From: Eledone cirrhosa
Lineage: Eukaryota
DNA: 64,000 nucleotides
Assembly: GCA_964016885.1 (NCBI GenBank)
Contig: OZ024743.1
Location: 191,456,001-191,520,000, forward strand
Direction of reading: 5' to 3'
Shown here: positions 1 to 13,392 of the stretch, one piece after another
Layout: every line of letters begins with the position of its first letter
How positions within the stretch are numbered: position 1 is the stretch's first letter
Position numbers and translations under genes: made by a program
The notes under the pieces: generated by a model
The model's input: only the letters and a program-made list of their open reading frames with translations
Databases searched by the model: none
Told to the model about the DNA's origin: nothing

Positions 1-784
1 TGCTGTGCATCTGCTGACATCAACATTTGGTCTACTTGACTGGACGCTCGATGAAATTCGAGCCATTGATGTTAAAGCCCGAAAAGTTCAAAAGTTCTAA
101 CCAGCAGCGAAAGTTTCCATATCAAAAGTAACATAGATCATCTCTACATAAAACGTAAACAGTGAAGCAAAGGATTAATCTCAGTCCAAACGGCATTTAA
201 GTGTCGCATCATATCCCTCTGACATCTGCGAATCACAACGTATAGAAGCACAGCTAGAGTACAAGTCTGTCTATACAAGGCAGATAGCATCATGAAAGTT
301 GGGAAGGAGCTCCTTGGCAAATACTCACTGCATGATAACCAAAGACACACAAGCAGGAAAATTGCACAGCAATACCACAATAAAACCATGGATGAAACAC
401 TGCAGGCTTATCAACAAAAAAATCATATATAGCTATGTTGTCAGAAACCCTCAAAATAAGCGTAATATAGGTAAGGAGTGTTGTCTATCTTGTGTAAAAA
501 TATGTAAAACATCTCAGAAACTCAGCATGTAATAACTGCATATACTCTTGTATAGATACAGAAACATGTACGTGTACACATATAGCTGAAAACACAGATC
601 AACACATGCAATAACATCCATACCTGCACACACACACACACGCGCGCACACGCACTCAAACAAACACACACAGACATATACAGATATACGTATTTACCTA
701 GCTGATGGTGTCTAAAGTCCAATGAAAAAGTCTTGTCTCTTTCTTAGAAACTGGTTCTCACTCTATTGGTGAAAATTCATAAAA
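1..784 (+). mobile_element. Degenerate, internally deleted R4/Dong-type LINE fragment (subfamily alpha) with 3' UTR
   Basis: Nucleotide similarity to 41650-42090 and 42475-42720. Ends in VKICKTSQKLSM* like the other copies. The 3' UTR is interrupted by a SINE and resumes as agaagaa(cata)n at about 1001. Confidence 0.85.
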
Positions 785-997
785 TAATGGTTTTTGATTT
801 AGGCACAAGCCTAACAATTTTAGGTGAGGTGAAACTCGATTAAATTGACCCCAGTGCGTATTTGGTGCTTCATTTTTAATCGACGCCGTAAGAATGAAAG
901 GCAAGGATAACCTTGGTGAGATTTGAACTCAAAACGTAAAGGTTCGTAACTGTATGCCACAAGGCAAGTTATCCGATGCTCTACCGTTTCTGCCAAG
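785..997 (-). mobile_element. tRNA-derived SINE (Deu/Nin-like core; most abundant family in the window)
   Basis: On the minus strand: A-box-like ggcagaaacggtagagc, B-box gagttcaaatc, core gcctttcattcttacggcgtcgattaaaa. Matches more than 10 other copies here. Confidence 0.85.
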
Positions 998-1007
998 CCT
1001 AGAAGAA

Positions 1008-1050
1008 CATACATACATACATACATACATACATACATACATACATACAT
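1008..1050. repeat. (CATA)n microsatellite between two Dong elements
   Basis: Perfect tetranucleotide array. Confidence 0.98.
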
Positions 1051-2400
1051 AAGGAGAGAACCAGAACTGAATACCTCAGAAGAGTAAAGAAAATATGGTC
1101 ATCAGAACTGTCAGCATACAACAAATACATTGCCCACAATACTTATGCTGTGCCAATTCTAACGCCAACATTTGGCCTGCTGAACTGGTCATTGCAAGAA
1201 ATAAGTGAGATGGATGTTAGAACTCGAAAACTTCTCAGTGTTACTGGGAACTTTAACATCAATGGTGATGTGGATAGGCTATACTTCTCACGCAAGGAAG
1301 GTGGCCGGGGTCTAACATCAATATTAACAACATATGAGACCCGGATAGTAACACTGAAGCAATACCTTCAACAGAGGAAAAAGGTTGGCAACCATCTTGC
1401 CCAGGTTTATGAGCATAAAAAAAAATATCATTAGAATAGCGACTGATCTGGAGGAGAGATATGGAATAAAGCCTGATATAAATCTCTCACCCAGAGAAAT
1501 CGGAAGATCCTATTCAATGTTCAAACAAGATAAAAAAATTGACCAATTTACAGAAACAGTTGTGCATGGATACTTGAGGCGTAAAACACAGACCATAGAG
1601 GGGATAAACCACTCAAAAAGCCTGGCATGGAGTTCCGACAAGTTTATGACATCACACCTTGAGGGATATCTCTATGCAATACAGGAACAAGAACTCCCTA
1701 CCAAATATCTGCTGCACAAAAGCGGAGGGCCAGCAGCTGACAATAAATGTAGGCTATGTAAAACAAAGATCGAGGATGTAAGCCACATTGTTGCCAGCTG
1801 CGAAAGAATGTCATCTCGCTACTACCTTCCCATGAGACACGGTGGGATAGCTAGAACCATCTGGAACGCACTTCGGAAAACAAAATTAACAACAAACGCG
1901 GAAGAATATATTGAGACAGATGGCACTAAGGAATACTGGTGGAACCTGAAAATAAAAACTGCCACCAAATTAAAGCACAACCGGCCTGATATTGTTGTTT
2001 GGGACCACACATTGAAAACGTGTTCTGTTGTGGAGATCAGCTGCCCACTTGATGTAAACGTTGTCAGAAAAATACAGGAGAAGGAGGACATCTACGGACG
2101 ATTGATGAGGAGTTTACAAATCCAGTATCCAAGATACACCTTTAGCTTCATACCCATCATTATTGGAGCTACGGGTTATATACTAACCGGCTTGGACCAA
2201 AGTATGACTGAACTTGGATTTGCGGACAAAAAGCGCAGCTCCCTAATTCATAGTCTACAAATGGCTGCGATAGCTGGCACCATCAAAATTTACAAAACAT
2301 TCTTGCGATTCAAGGAATGACAATTTCTTTTCTTTTACAACCTTGCCACCAGGAAGGTGGCCGGTCAAAAAAATATACTCGAAATTAAGAGAAAGAGAAA
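1051..2400 (+). mobile_element. 5'-truncated R4/Dong-type RLE non-LTR retrotransposon (subfamily beta)
   Basis: ORFs 1150-1434 and 1385-2320 carry the post-RT motif RLYFSRKEGGRGL, a CCHC knuckle and an RLE domain. Short 3' UTR is shared with 28395-28477 and 56885-56962. (CATA)n lies on both sides. Confidence 0.93.
1385..2320 (+). pseudogene. C-terminal part of Dong/R4 ORF: CCHC zinc knuckle plus restriction-like (PD-D/ExK) endonuclease
   Basis: CRLCKTKIEDVSHIVASC, RH, NRPDIVVWD..VVEISCP..KEDIY motifs. Frameshifted relative to 1150-1434. Confidence 0.92.
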
Positions 2401-2470
2401 ACATACATACATACATACATACATACATACATACATACATACATACATACATACATACATACATACATAC
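2401..2470. repeat. (CATA)n microsatellite
   Basis: Perfect array. Confidence 0.98.
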
Positions 2471-2816
2471 GCATGTCTGTGCACTTGTATGCAATCCAAC
2501 AACCGTATTTGATGTAAGACTTTCTTCACTGTCGATGCTGAAGCCGTATTTGCTGATGATGTTATTGCTATCTTGATAGGTTTTGTATTATAATATACAA
2601 ATATATCATGGAAATTAAAGAGTTACTGAAATAAATTAAAATACAACAAACCAATATAAATACAAAAGATGTTATTCTAAATCTAGCCCGCAGGAATATA
2701 ACAATTGATATATTATTTTATGTTCTTGTCTCCCACTTCTAGCTCACATTGCGAATAAAATGCAGATTGATAGTCACCCTATAATGAAAATGGACGAGCA
2801 TGCATTTAATGCACAC

Positions 2817-3090
<274 letters not shown>

Positions 3091-3449
3091 CAGATGCAGG
3101 CACAAGCACATATACACATAGGCATATACACACATAGTCACATACTTAAATACATTTAAATATGCCCACAGAAAAGCCCAGCAACACTTATACACGCACT
3201 ATACACTCGTGTACGAAGGTCATAAATCATCTCAGTACAAGTGCTTAAGAAACACACCCAACAGATTATATATGTTTCGATAAGTACTACATTTGTTGAT
3301 GTAGTCGTTTTTGGTGTAGTTGTTGTTAATGTAGTGGTTTATCTCTAGATCTGCCTGTATATAGGACCGATGTCTCCTTCTCTTTTCCAAGACTCTACAT
3401 ACCACGAAATTCGAGCAACCACGGCCTTGTTATTTTTCAGGAGTCACAA

Positions 3450-3489
<40 letters not shown>

Positions 3490-3641
3490 TGTAGAAGTAG
3501 CAGTAGTAGTAGTAGTAGTAGTAGTAGCAGTGGTGGTGGTGATCATCGTAGTCGTCGTTGTCGTAGTCGTGGTCGTGGTTGTAGTCGTAGTCGTAGTAGT
3601 GGTAGTAGTAGTCGTAGTGGTAGTAGTAATTGTCGAAATAG

Positions 3642-3674
<33 letters not shown>

Positions 3675-3709
3675 AGAGCTTCCAACAGTATATATATATA
3701 TATATAAAC

Positions 3710-3744
<35 letters not shown>
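3450..3744. repeat. (AGT)n/(GTC)n degenerate trinucleotide array followed by (TA)n
   Basis: Direct reading. Confidence 0.95.
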
Positions 3745-3747
<3 letters not shown>

Positions 3748-4010
3748 GGAAAAAATGAAACGAAATTTCATTTCCCACTCTTAGTACGGCTGTTACTTAA
3801 ATATAAGTATGTATACGTACATACATATATGTATACAGACGTACAGTAGTATGTATATATATATATACATACATGCACACATATATATATGTACGTATGG
3901 ATTCACCGAACATTTATTATAATGCTCAGTGTGTTTGTAAACAAACATCCCTTATTAAGCCGTAGCGTCTAGCAACCATCGTTGCTCGTTTGTTCAACAC
4001 TTACATAGGA

Positions 4011-4053
4011 ACGCTGTACTAGTTTCAAGCTTATTAGCTATCGTGAGCAACGT
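4011..4053 (-). ncRNA. Type I hammerhead ribozyme copy with mutated core (CUCACGA)
   Basis: Reverse complement of 4563-4605 with G-to-C in the CUGA turn. Confidence 0.7.
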
Positions 4054-4562
4054 ATACCTTCCTGCCAGATTGTTGAACGTATATACTTACCTTATGCATA
4101 TTAACGGCTGAGTAGCCCAATTTGCATATCGAGTGGGTTAATCGGTCGGGTGCACCGAAAACGATAAACGGAAAAAATGAAACGAAATTTCATTTCCCAC
4201 TCTTAGTACGGCTGTTACTTAAATATAAGTATGTACACGTACATACATATATGTATACAGACGTACAGTAGTATGTATATATATATACATACATGCACAC
4301 ATATATATATATGTACGTATGGATTCACCGAACATTTATTATAATGCTCGGTGTGTTTGTAAACAAACATCCCATATTAAGCCGTACTGTCTAGCAACCA
4401 TCGTTGCTCGTTTGTTCAACACAGTGTTCAACACAGTGTTCAACACAGTGTTTGTCAGTGGTGCACCCGGCCGATTAACCCACTCTATATGCAAATTGGG
4501 CTACTCAGACGTTAATATGCATAAGGTAAGTATATACGTTCAACAATCTGGCAGGAAGGTAT

Positions 4563-4605
4563 ACGTTGCTGACGATAGCTAATAAGCTTGAAACTAGTAC
4601 AGCGT
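4563..4605 (+). ncRNA. Type I minimal hammerhead ribozyme (family A)
   Basis: acgttg-CUGACGA-u-agcu-aaua-agcu-u-GAA-acuagu-A-cagcgu. Stem I acguug/cagcgu extends through agga/uccu past a bulge. Stem III is the palindrome ACUAGU. Predicted GUA cleavage site. Confidence 0.88.
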
Positions 4606-5162
4606 TCCTTTGTCAGTGTTGAACAAACGAGCAACGATGGTTGCTAGACACTACGGCTTAATACGGAATGTTTGTTTACAAACACACCGAGCATTATAAT
4701 AAATGTTCGGTGAATCCATACGTACATATATATATATATATGTGCATGTATGTATATATATACATACTACTGTACGTCTGTATACATATATGTATGTACG
4801 TGTACATACTTATATATATCTATATATATATATCACGCTCTTGACCTTAGGTTCTCTTATCGCTGTGGTCTTGTATTTGCTTACCTTAAGTTGCTCGCAT
4901 ATTGCTCGGTTTGTTGTTTTTTGCACTATTTTCTCTTTTCTTCTCTTTTCCCTTCTATTTTCCTTCCCTCCCTCCTCCGATTTCCCAATAAATTATCCAG
5001 TCATTGACGCTCTGGGTGGTAGATATCCTGCCTTTAAAGCGTGGAAGTATCCGAGACGCCCAGTAGACAACTGATGAGGAAAACTCCACCCCGTTCTTGC
5101 TTTCTTCTTATTCTCACTCCATTTTAAGCTACCTTAACTAGCAACTACACAGCCAATCCTAT

Positions 5163-5873
<711 letters not shown>

Positions 5874-5987
5874 ATGACCAAACACTACTGAAGTTAGATT
5901 CAGTTTGGAATTTATAAGAAGAGTTTCAAAGACCAAAACTTTTACTCTCAGTCACTTTATACACCCCGTCATATAGATAAATATATA

Positions 5988-6146
<159 letters not shown>

Positions 6147-6470
6147 TGTGGCTCAGTGGTTAGAGCGTTGTGCTTGCAATCATGAGATTATAAGTTCGAT
6201 TCCCGGACCGGATAATGCGTTACGTCCTAGAGGAAGACACTTTATTTCACGTTAATCCAGTTTACTTACCTGTAGAAATGAGTTGCTACGTCACAGTTAC
6301 CAAGCTGTATCGGCCATTGCCTTACACTTGGCATGTAGAGGGGAAATCGGTATGCATTGTCCACTGCTGGTCTTCCACAAACTAACTTGCTTGGACATGT
6401 ACCTCAGGGGCGGGGGGACTATCTAGGTACAAATTCCATTGTCATACGTAACCGAAGGGGGCCCGTCATT
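6147..6470 (+). mobile_element. tRNA-derived SINE (second family)
   Basis: A box tggctcagtgg, B box gttcgattccc, followed by a CORE-like body (gtcctagaggaagacactttatttcac). Confidence 0.8.
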
Positions 6471-6494
6471 TCAATCTATCTAATTTCTCACTCT

Positions 6495-6615
6495 TTTTTC
6501 TAATGAAGGACTAGCGCCCGAAACGTTAAGACCCTCTTCCTGCTATTTCAAGCGTTAACCTAATATATTCCTTCCAGATACTGTACCGATTGTGTTGTTA
6601 TTTCTGTTTACCCTT
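6495..6615 (+). mobile_element. Degenerate Penelope-type terminal repeat with hammerhead-like motif (family D)
   Basis: ctaatgaaggactagcgcccgaaacgtta. Homologous over about 120 bp to 57170-57290, where the core is intact CTGATGA. Confidence 0.55.
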
Positions 6616-6627
6616 CACATATATATA

Positions 6628-7542
6628 CGAGGTGTGTCAGAAATGTTCCAGGACTGATGTCACAAAAGATTTATTTCAAACCCAAACTTCACACTAAGAG
6701 TTTTCTCCTTCAAAGTAATCCCCCTGGAGTATGTGACTGTAATCTTAGCTCTCTGCAGCGATCAAACTTTTTTCTTCAAAATTGTATATACATGTGCTGT
6801 TTCAGGTCATCAAGCAATGAGCACAGAGCAACGAACAAACTTGAAGTTTCTGGTACGGTTGGGGAAAACTCCATCAGAAGCAGTGGGATTGATGCCGCAA
6901 GTGTATGGAGATGAGACGATGTCACGCTCACGTGCTTTTGAGTGGTGCAAGAGGTTTAAAGAAGGACGCGAGGACGTGGAAGATTACCCCAGGAGCGGAA
7001 AGCCCTCAACAACCAGGACTGAGGTCAACGTTGAGCGCATCAAGCAGATGGTGCGTAGCGATCGTCGGCTGACTGTTCGACTGATGGCAAATGAGCTGGG
7101 CATGAATCGGGACAGCGTCTGGAAGATTCTCACTGAAGATTTGGACATGCGGAAAGTCTGCGCGAAGATGGTGCCAAAACTGCTAAACGATGACCAGAAG
7201 GGTCGACGCATGCAAGTGTGCCAGGACATCCTCGAGCGTCTTGAAACCGAACTAGACTTGCTACGTACTGTCATCACCGGTGATGAGTCATGGATCTTCG
7301 ACTACGACCCGCAGGGGACTCGTTTTGGAGACGTGGACGACATCAAAAAGGCCGTGACGACGGAACTGCGGACGATCCCGGAAGAATCCTTCCAGGAGTG
7401 CATGCAAGCGTGGCGGAAAGGGATAGAAAAGTACATGAGACCCCAGGGGGATTACGTTGAAGGAGAAAACTCTTAGTGTGAAGTTTGGGTTTGAAATAGA
7501 TCTTTTGTGACATCAGTCCTGGAACTTTTCTGAAACTCCTCG
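6628..7542 (+). mobile_element. Mariner DNA transposon, internally deleted, with about 100-bp terminal inverted repeats and TA target duplication
   Basis: ta|cgaggtgtgtcagaaa at the left end and tttctgaaactcctcg|ta at the right. Inverted repeat 6628-6728 vs 7441-7542. Transposase ORF inside. Confidence 0.95.
6733..7476 (+). CDS. Mariner transposase with in-frame deletion of most of the DD34D catalytic domain (likely start ATG at 6817)
   Basis: HTH region (EWCKRFKEGRE..RSGKP), MVPKLL (WVPHEL motif) and TGDESW join directly to the C-terminal GTRF...QGDYVE. The HDNA and YSPDLAP motifs are absent. Confidence 0.85.
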   Translation: MTVILALCSDQTFFFKIVYTCAVSGHQAMSTEQRTNLKFLVRLGKTPSEAVGLMPQVYGDETMSRSRAFEWCKRFKEGREDVEDYPRSGKPSTTRTEVNVERIKQMVRSDRRLTVRLMANELGMNRDSVWKILTEDLDMRKVCAKMVPKLLNDDQKGRRMQVCQDILERLETELDLLRTVITGDESWIFDYDPQGTRFGDVDDIKKAVTTELRTIPEESFQECMQAWRKGIEKYMRPQGDYVEGENS

Positions 7543-7559
7543 TATATATATATATATAC

Positions 7560-7742
7560 AATATATTAACAAAAGGAAACTATATTTATAAAACCATATT
7601 TATTTCATTATACATATTTCAAGGGCCACCAAGGCAAATTATGGTGCGCTTTCATCAGATAAAATATAATATAGATAAGTTTTATAAATAAATATTGACA
7701 TACCCTGAAAAAATGCAACCATTCTGGTTGGAATCTCCTGGA
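7560..7742 (-). mobile_element. 3' terminal fragment of Penelope-like family 2
   Basis: Homologous to 44145-44315 and 46807-46978. Confidence 0.75.
7601..7666 (-). ncRNA. Type I minimal hammerhead ribozyme (family C)
   Basis: uauuuuau-CUGAUGA-aagcgcacca...ugguggcccuu-GAA-auauguau-A-augaaaua. Confidence 0.75.
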
Positions 7743-7864
7743 TATATATATACTGTAATAATAATAAATTTGAAGACTAAAATCCAAAGAGGGCTCGATA
7801 AGGATAAATATATATCAAATATATAAGAACCGTAGAGCAAATATTTATTAGAATAACAGATTAA

Positions 7865-7915
7865 AGTTTAAGCAAAGAATCGCTGCTTTCACCCTTAACG
7901 TGATCTTCAGAAACT
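7865..7915 (-). ncRNA. Type I hammerhead ribozyme (family B)
   Basis: aguuu-CUGAAGA-ucacguuaagggu-GAA-agcag..uugcu-U-aaacu. Other copies (9827-9873, 46564-46610) restore stem II ccc/ggg but have mutated cores. Confidence 0.65.
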
Positions 7916-8221
7916 AACAAAGTCAATCTGTAAACGCAGAAGTGGATATTTCAAAAAACGTTGCAACCGGGGGAAGACAGGAAGACGATACTTTGGTTCG
8001 TGGAAACGTTTGCTGGCAAAGAATGGGAAAAAACGAATATAATACGTCATTAATAGGAGCGGTGAAAAACAATTACGCGCAAAGACAGAACCACGTTTAT
8101 GGTATAAAAGAGGTCGTAGACTAATGTTCTCTTAGGTGGTTCATAGAGACGTTCTCTGGCAATGAACGAAAGAAACGAAGATAATACGTCATATGTGGAG
8201 CGTGGAGAACAATAGCACGCA

Positions 8222-8853
8222 TTTGTTGGTATAACCCACCATATAATATGGAGGTGGCCACACCATTAGCTAAGTTCTTTCTTTCCCTTATTACGAAACA
8301 TTTTCCCCCTACACATAAATATAGTAACATTTTTAATAGAAATACTATTAAAATTTCTTACTCTACGACTCCTAACCTTGCACATAACATCACAGCTTCA
8401 AATTTAGCTAAACTACCTAGCCGTAGGAACACGTGCAACCCTGTAGTTAGTACCTACTGTAATTGTAGGAATCGGGTTGATTGCCCCCTATCTGGGAAAT
8501 GCCTCTCTAGTAACATTGTCTACAAATGTAAGGTTGTAACACCCACGTCCCGTAGGGCCTACATAGGGTTAACCGCCAATAGATTCAAGCAGCGTCTTTA
8601 CATGCATACCCATTCTTTTCGTTACCCTCTAAGAAGGAATATGACAACCACACCCAATATAAGTTACACTGGGAGATCCTAGCTAGGGCTAGATCGTATA
8701 ACGGAAATAAAAGACCATGTGACCTCTGCGCCGCTGAGGCCCTGGAAATACTCTACGCCACAGACCACATCTTAAACAAAAAATCTGAGTCAATTTCGGC
8801 TTGTAAACATAAATTGCACAAAACTTTCCTGTATTACAGCCCCACGTTATAGC
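8222..8853 (+). pseudogene. Penelope linker plus GIY-YIG endonuclease fragment
   Basis: HFPPTHKYSNIFNRNTIKISYS, CNC....CPLSGKCL..NIVYKC..AYIGLT..FKQRLYMH. After a break the sequence continues as CDLC..E....LNKKSE..SACKH. Confidence 0.88.
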
Positions 8854-9277
8854 CTAACGGATAGTACGATCTTTACATGGATATTTTACGTCTTGATTTG
8901 GGAGTTAAGTATATGTTTTGTTTATACCATTACTTATTTGCATAGGTAAGTATATATTACCCGTATGTTTTGTGAAGGTACGTATACCTTCTCGTACGTA
9001 TATTTGATTGTTTATGTTATGGCGTATAATTTAATATATTCTGGTACATATGGTTTGGCTATGTGTATACGGGAGTTTTGCGTCTGTGTGAGTATGCAGG
9101 TTCGTACGTATGTAGGGTATATATGTGGGGTATATAGGGTTTATATGTGTACTTCATGTTTTGGTTGACTTACGTCTCCGAACATTCGTGTATTTACATG
9201 TAGGTATGTGTGTGCGCTTGTTATATACGTATTTATTTATATACGTTTATATAATTATTTATTTATTTGTATACATG

Positions 9278-9316
<39 letters not shown>

Positions 9317-10594
9317 TTATATGTGCGTGGTTTTGTATACCTATGGCAAGTGTTTTGCGTATACTTGTGTATGTACGTATTTGTTTGCGTGTATGTATTT
9401 ATTTATTTCTATTACTTCTGTATTGTATTTATTTACTTTGTTCTTAACTCTGTAGCGGAGATTCATTCGGTCTCCTAGTTAGAAATTTAGTCTACGACTT
9501 CTGCTATACCATTTACGTGGTTTTGTCTTTGCGTGCTATTGTTCTCCACGATCCACATATGACGTATTATCTTCGTTTTTTTCGTTCATTGCCAGAGAAC
9601 GTCTCTATGAACCACCTAAGAGAACATTAGTCTACGACCTCTTTTATACCATAAACGTGGTTCTGTCTTTGCGTGTAATTGTTTTTCACCGCTCCTATTA
9701 ATGACGTATTATATTCGTTTTTTCCCGTTCTTTGCCAGCGAACGTTTCCACGAACCAAAGTATCGTCTTCCTGTCTTCCTCCGGTTGCAACGTTTTTTGA
9801 GATGCATGAAATCCGTTATATATATTTCAGAAGATCCCGTTAAGGGTGAAAGCAGCGATTCTTTGCTTAAACTTTAATCTGTTATTTTAATAAATATATA
9901 TACTGTATATATATATCAACTTTGTCTCTCATCCTTTCGAAGTCTATAAAAAGAAGTAGCAGTCTAGTACTGTGGTCGTTCCTTCCTCTATATCTCTTTT
10001 CTTCCTCTCTCTCAGTTTCTCTGGAAGAAATCTGCTATACTCAAGCCTGGAGAAGGATGAGCTCCGCCAGGTTTAGAATACCAAATAAGCGCCGGTTATC
10101 AATACTGCGACCTTACGACACTATCCGGGTCATGTTATCATACCATATATACATACTTCACCTGTGTGTGTGTGTATGTGTGTGTGTGTGTATGTATGTG
10201 TGTGTGTGTGTTATCACTCTTTGTAAATGAAATTGGGTAAGTGTGCCTGAGAAATAATCGACTAGTTTACGCTAATTCAATAGGTTAGCAATTCCGTCCT
10301 TTGAACGACATGACTACTGATCGTAGAAAATCACGGAGATCCGCTTACTTTTACCATAAAATGTCATTCTACAACCGACACTATAATCTAAGGAATATTT
10401 AAAATGAAAGCTGTTCGAACAAGTTTAAACCTGTGCTTAGAAGCAGTGAAACTGTAATTAGTACGTTTATAGAAATCCGATGTACATGGACACGGATAAA
10501 ACTATAGACCTCATACAAATCAACTCACTATCTTACTAGACATATTAAAGTAGAATCGATTCAGTACGCTTAGTTTGAAAAGGTAAATAAAATT

Positions 10595-10597
<3 letters not shown>

Positions 10598-10658
<61 letters not shown>

Positions 10659-10704
10659 ACTCTCTCCCTCTCTCTTTCTCTCTCTCTTTCTCTCTCTATG
10701 TATC

Positions 10705-10783
<79 letters not shown>

Positions 10784-10804
10784 GTCTATCTGTTCATCTA
10801 TCTC

Positions 10805-10838
<34 letters not shown>
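10598..10838. repeat. (CT)n(TA)n microsatellite
   Basis: Direct reading. Confidence 0.95.
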
Positions 10839-10839
<1 letters not shown>

Positions 10840-11514
10840 CACAACGACTGATCTTCTACAAACTTTAAATCAAAGATTTGATTCTGAGAAGTCATTAAGC
10901 CGGTATGAGTGAAAAGTTATTTATTTGAACTAGTGTTGCAGTGATTTTTAAAAATTCAAGATCTCACCAATCACAAATCTTTTTACAGTAAACTGCTTAT
11001 CGTCTTATATTGCCATTAATGGCATCTTGATACTTAATCTACTGAAAGTCCATCATTAAACCAAATTTTGAAAAGCTATTATTATTTATAGCGACTGATT
11101 TTCGGCGTTTGGATTCCTTCGATTCAAATTCAGAGAAGCGTCTCGATAAATCATATTCTTGTTTACTTCGGGCTTTAATCGCAAGCTTTAATGTAGAACT
11201 CTTTAATTTGAACAGTAGTGGTACGGTGTTTGATACTCCATAGCTGACGCTGGTCACTTTTGTCTGACGATATGGTTATTTTACCCGATTTTCTAAAGTT
11301 TATAGCGATCGACTTTTCTTACAGTTATTTTCTCCGTTTCAATTCCCATATATATATATATTATACACACACATACACACACATATGTATATATATATAT
11401 TTATGCGTGTGTATATATATATATATACATACATATATATATGTATGTATACATATATATATGTATGTATGTAAATATGTATGTATACATATATATATAT
11501 ATATACACATACAG

Positions 11515-11551
<37 letters not shown>

Positions 11552-11689
11552 CATACATAATTTATTTATTCATAAGATAACTGCAACTTCTTTACAGAAA
11601 ACGGCCATCTCTTCAACGAATTCCTTGCTATTATGAACCACCGCTAACTGCAGGCTGCTGGTGAGTTTGATAAATAAACAGGTTTTTGT

Positions 11690-12442
<753 letters not shown>

Positions 12443-13392
12443 GGGAGAGGTGTATTCGTCCCAATACAAATGACCATAATGAAAATAGTAGAGCACTATA
12501 AAAATTGCTTTAAACAATCGGCTAAAATACACTTTGAGACAGTAAATCAAGTAGACCTTGACGCTCAGAAGGAATTGAAACCTACATTTCTGAAGAGCCG
12601 GTGGTCACTATCTTTTTAGAAGATTTTAAGCTTGTAGCTAGAATGGAAAGAAACAATATAACCCACTTGCTCGGCATTCTAGCGATGCGTGGATCGATTC
12701 GTCGGAGGCACCTCTGTCCACTTTTTCGTGCTCCAGAGATACTTATTCACTATTATACACACATATCACTATACATATAAACACACACGCGCACGTATGC
12801 ATCCATATGGCGTGCATATGTAAAATACGTATGTAATATAAAGACTGTGCTTTTGCTTAAATTTTAAGTGATGTATTCATCAAATAAATGTTCCGCTTTC
12901 CGATATCAAGTTTAAGCAAATATGTAAAACCGACGTGAAAATTTTCAATAATATAATTTAAGTTAAAATTAAAATGAATAGGAGTACAAAACTGTGAATA
13001 TATCGTTTAAAACATTATTAAGCACAGCGGACATGAAGCAATAAATTTATGTTAAAAGGTTTAGAGCGAACTAAATTTGAAAGACAGGAAGGAAAGGTGA
13101 ATGTATGTGTGTATTTTTGTGTATGTTTTAGAAATTTGTTCATGGAAATAGAATATATATATACTTAGATATATGTAAAAATATTAATAAGTAAAGGAAA
13201 GAAATATTTATTATACTCGTATGTAAATGAAAATTTAGCAGGTCACAAATAACTGCATCTTGCTGAAGTGTACACATATATTCAAATCTCGCGTACATAG
13301 CTTTATAAATACGGACATACACAAATCTAAAATCACATTTGCATACACATATATAAATAAACACATATACAAATAAGTTATGAATACATATT

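Larger units (their letters stand above)
3742..4815. mobile_element. Non-coding hammerhead-bearing repeat (retrozyme or non-autonomous Penelope-like): about 1.6 tandem 422-bp units plus an inverted partial unit
   Basis: ataaacggaaaaaatgaaacg recurs at 3742 and 4164. 4460-4812 is the reverse complement of the unit. Both ends lie in (TA)n. Confidence 0.85.
7750..9900 (+). mobile_element. Penelope-like element (family 1), 5'-truncated, with inverted terminal repeat
   Basis: GIY-YIG ORF at 8248-8682. 7841-8221 is the reverse complement of 9530-9897. (TA)n flanks. Confidence 0.88.

Noticed and set aside
5040-5100. CTGATGAG hammerhead-like core
   Set aside because: No convincing stem II-GAAA-stem III arrangement around it
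11039-11257. 72-aa minus-strand ORF as a host exon
   Set aside because: No recognisable domain, weak acceptor, and adjoins a dispersed repeat
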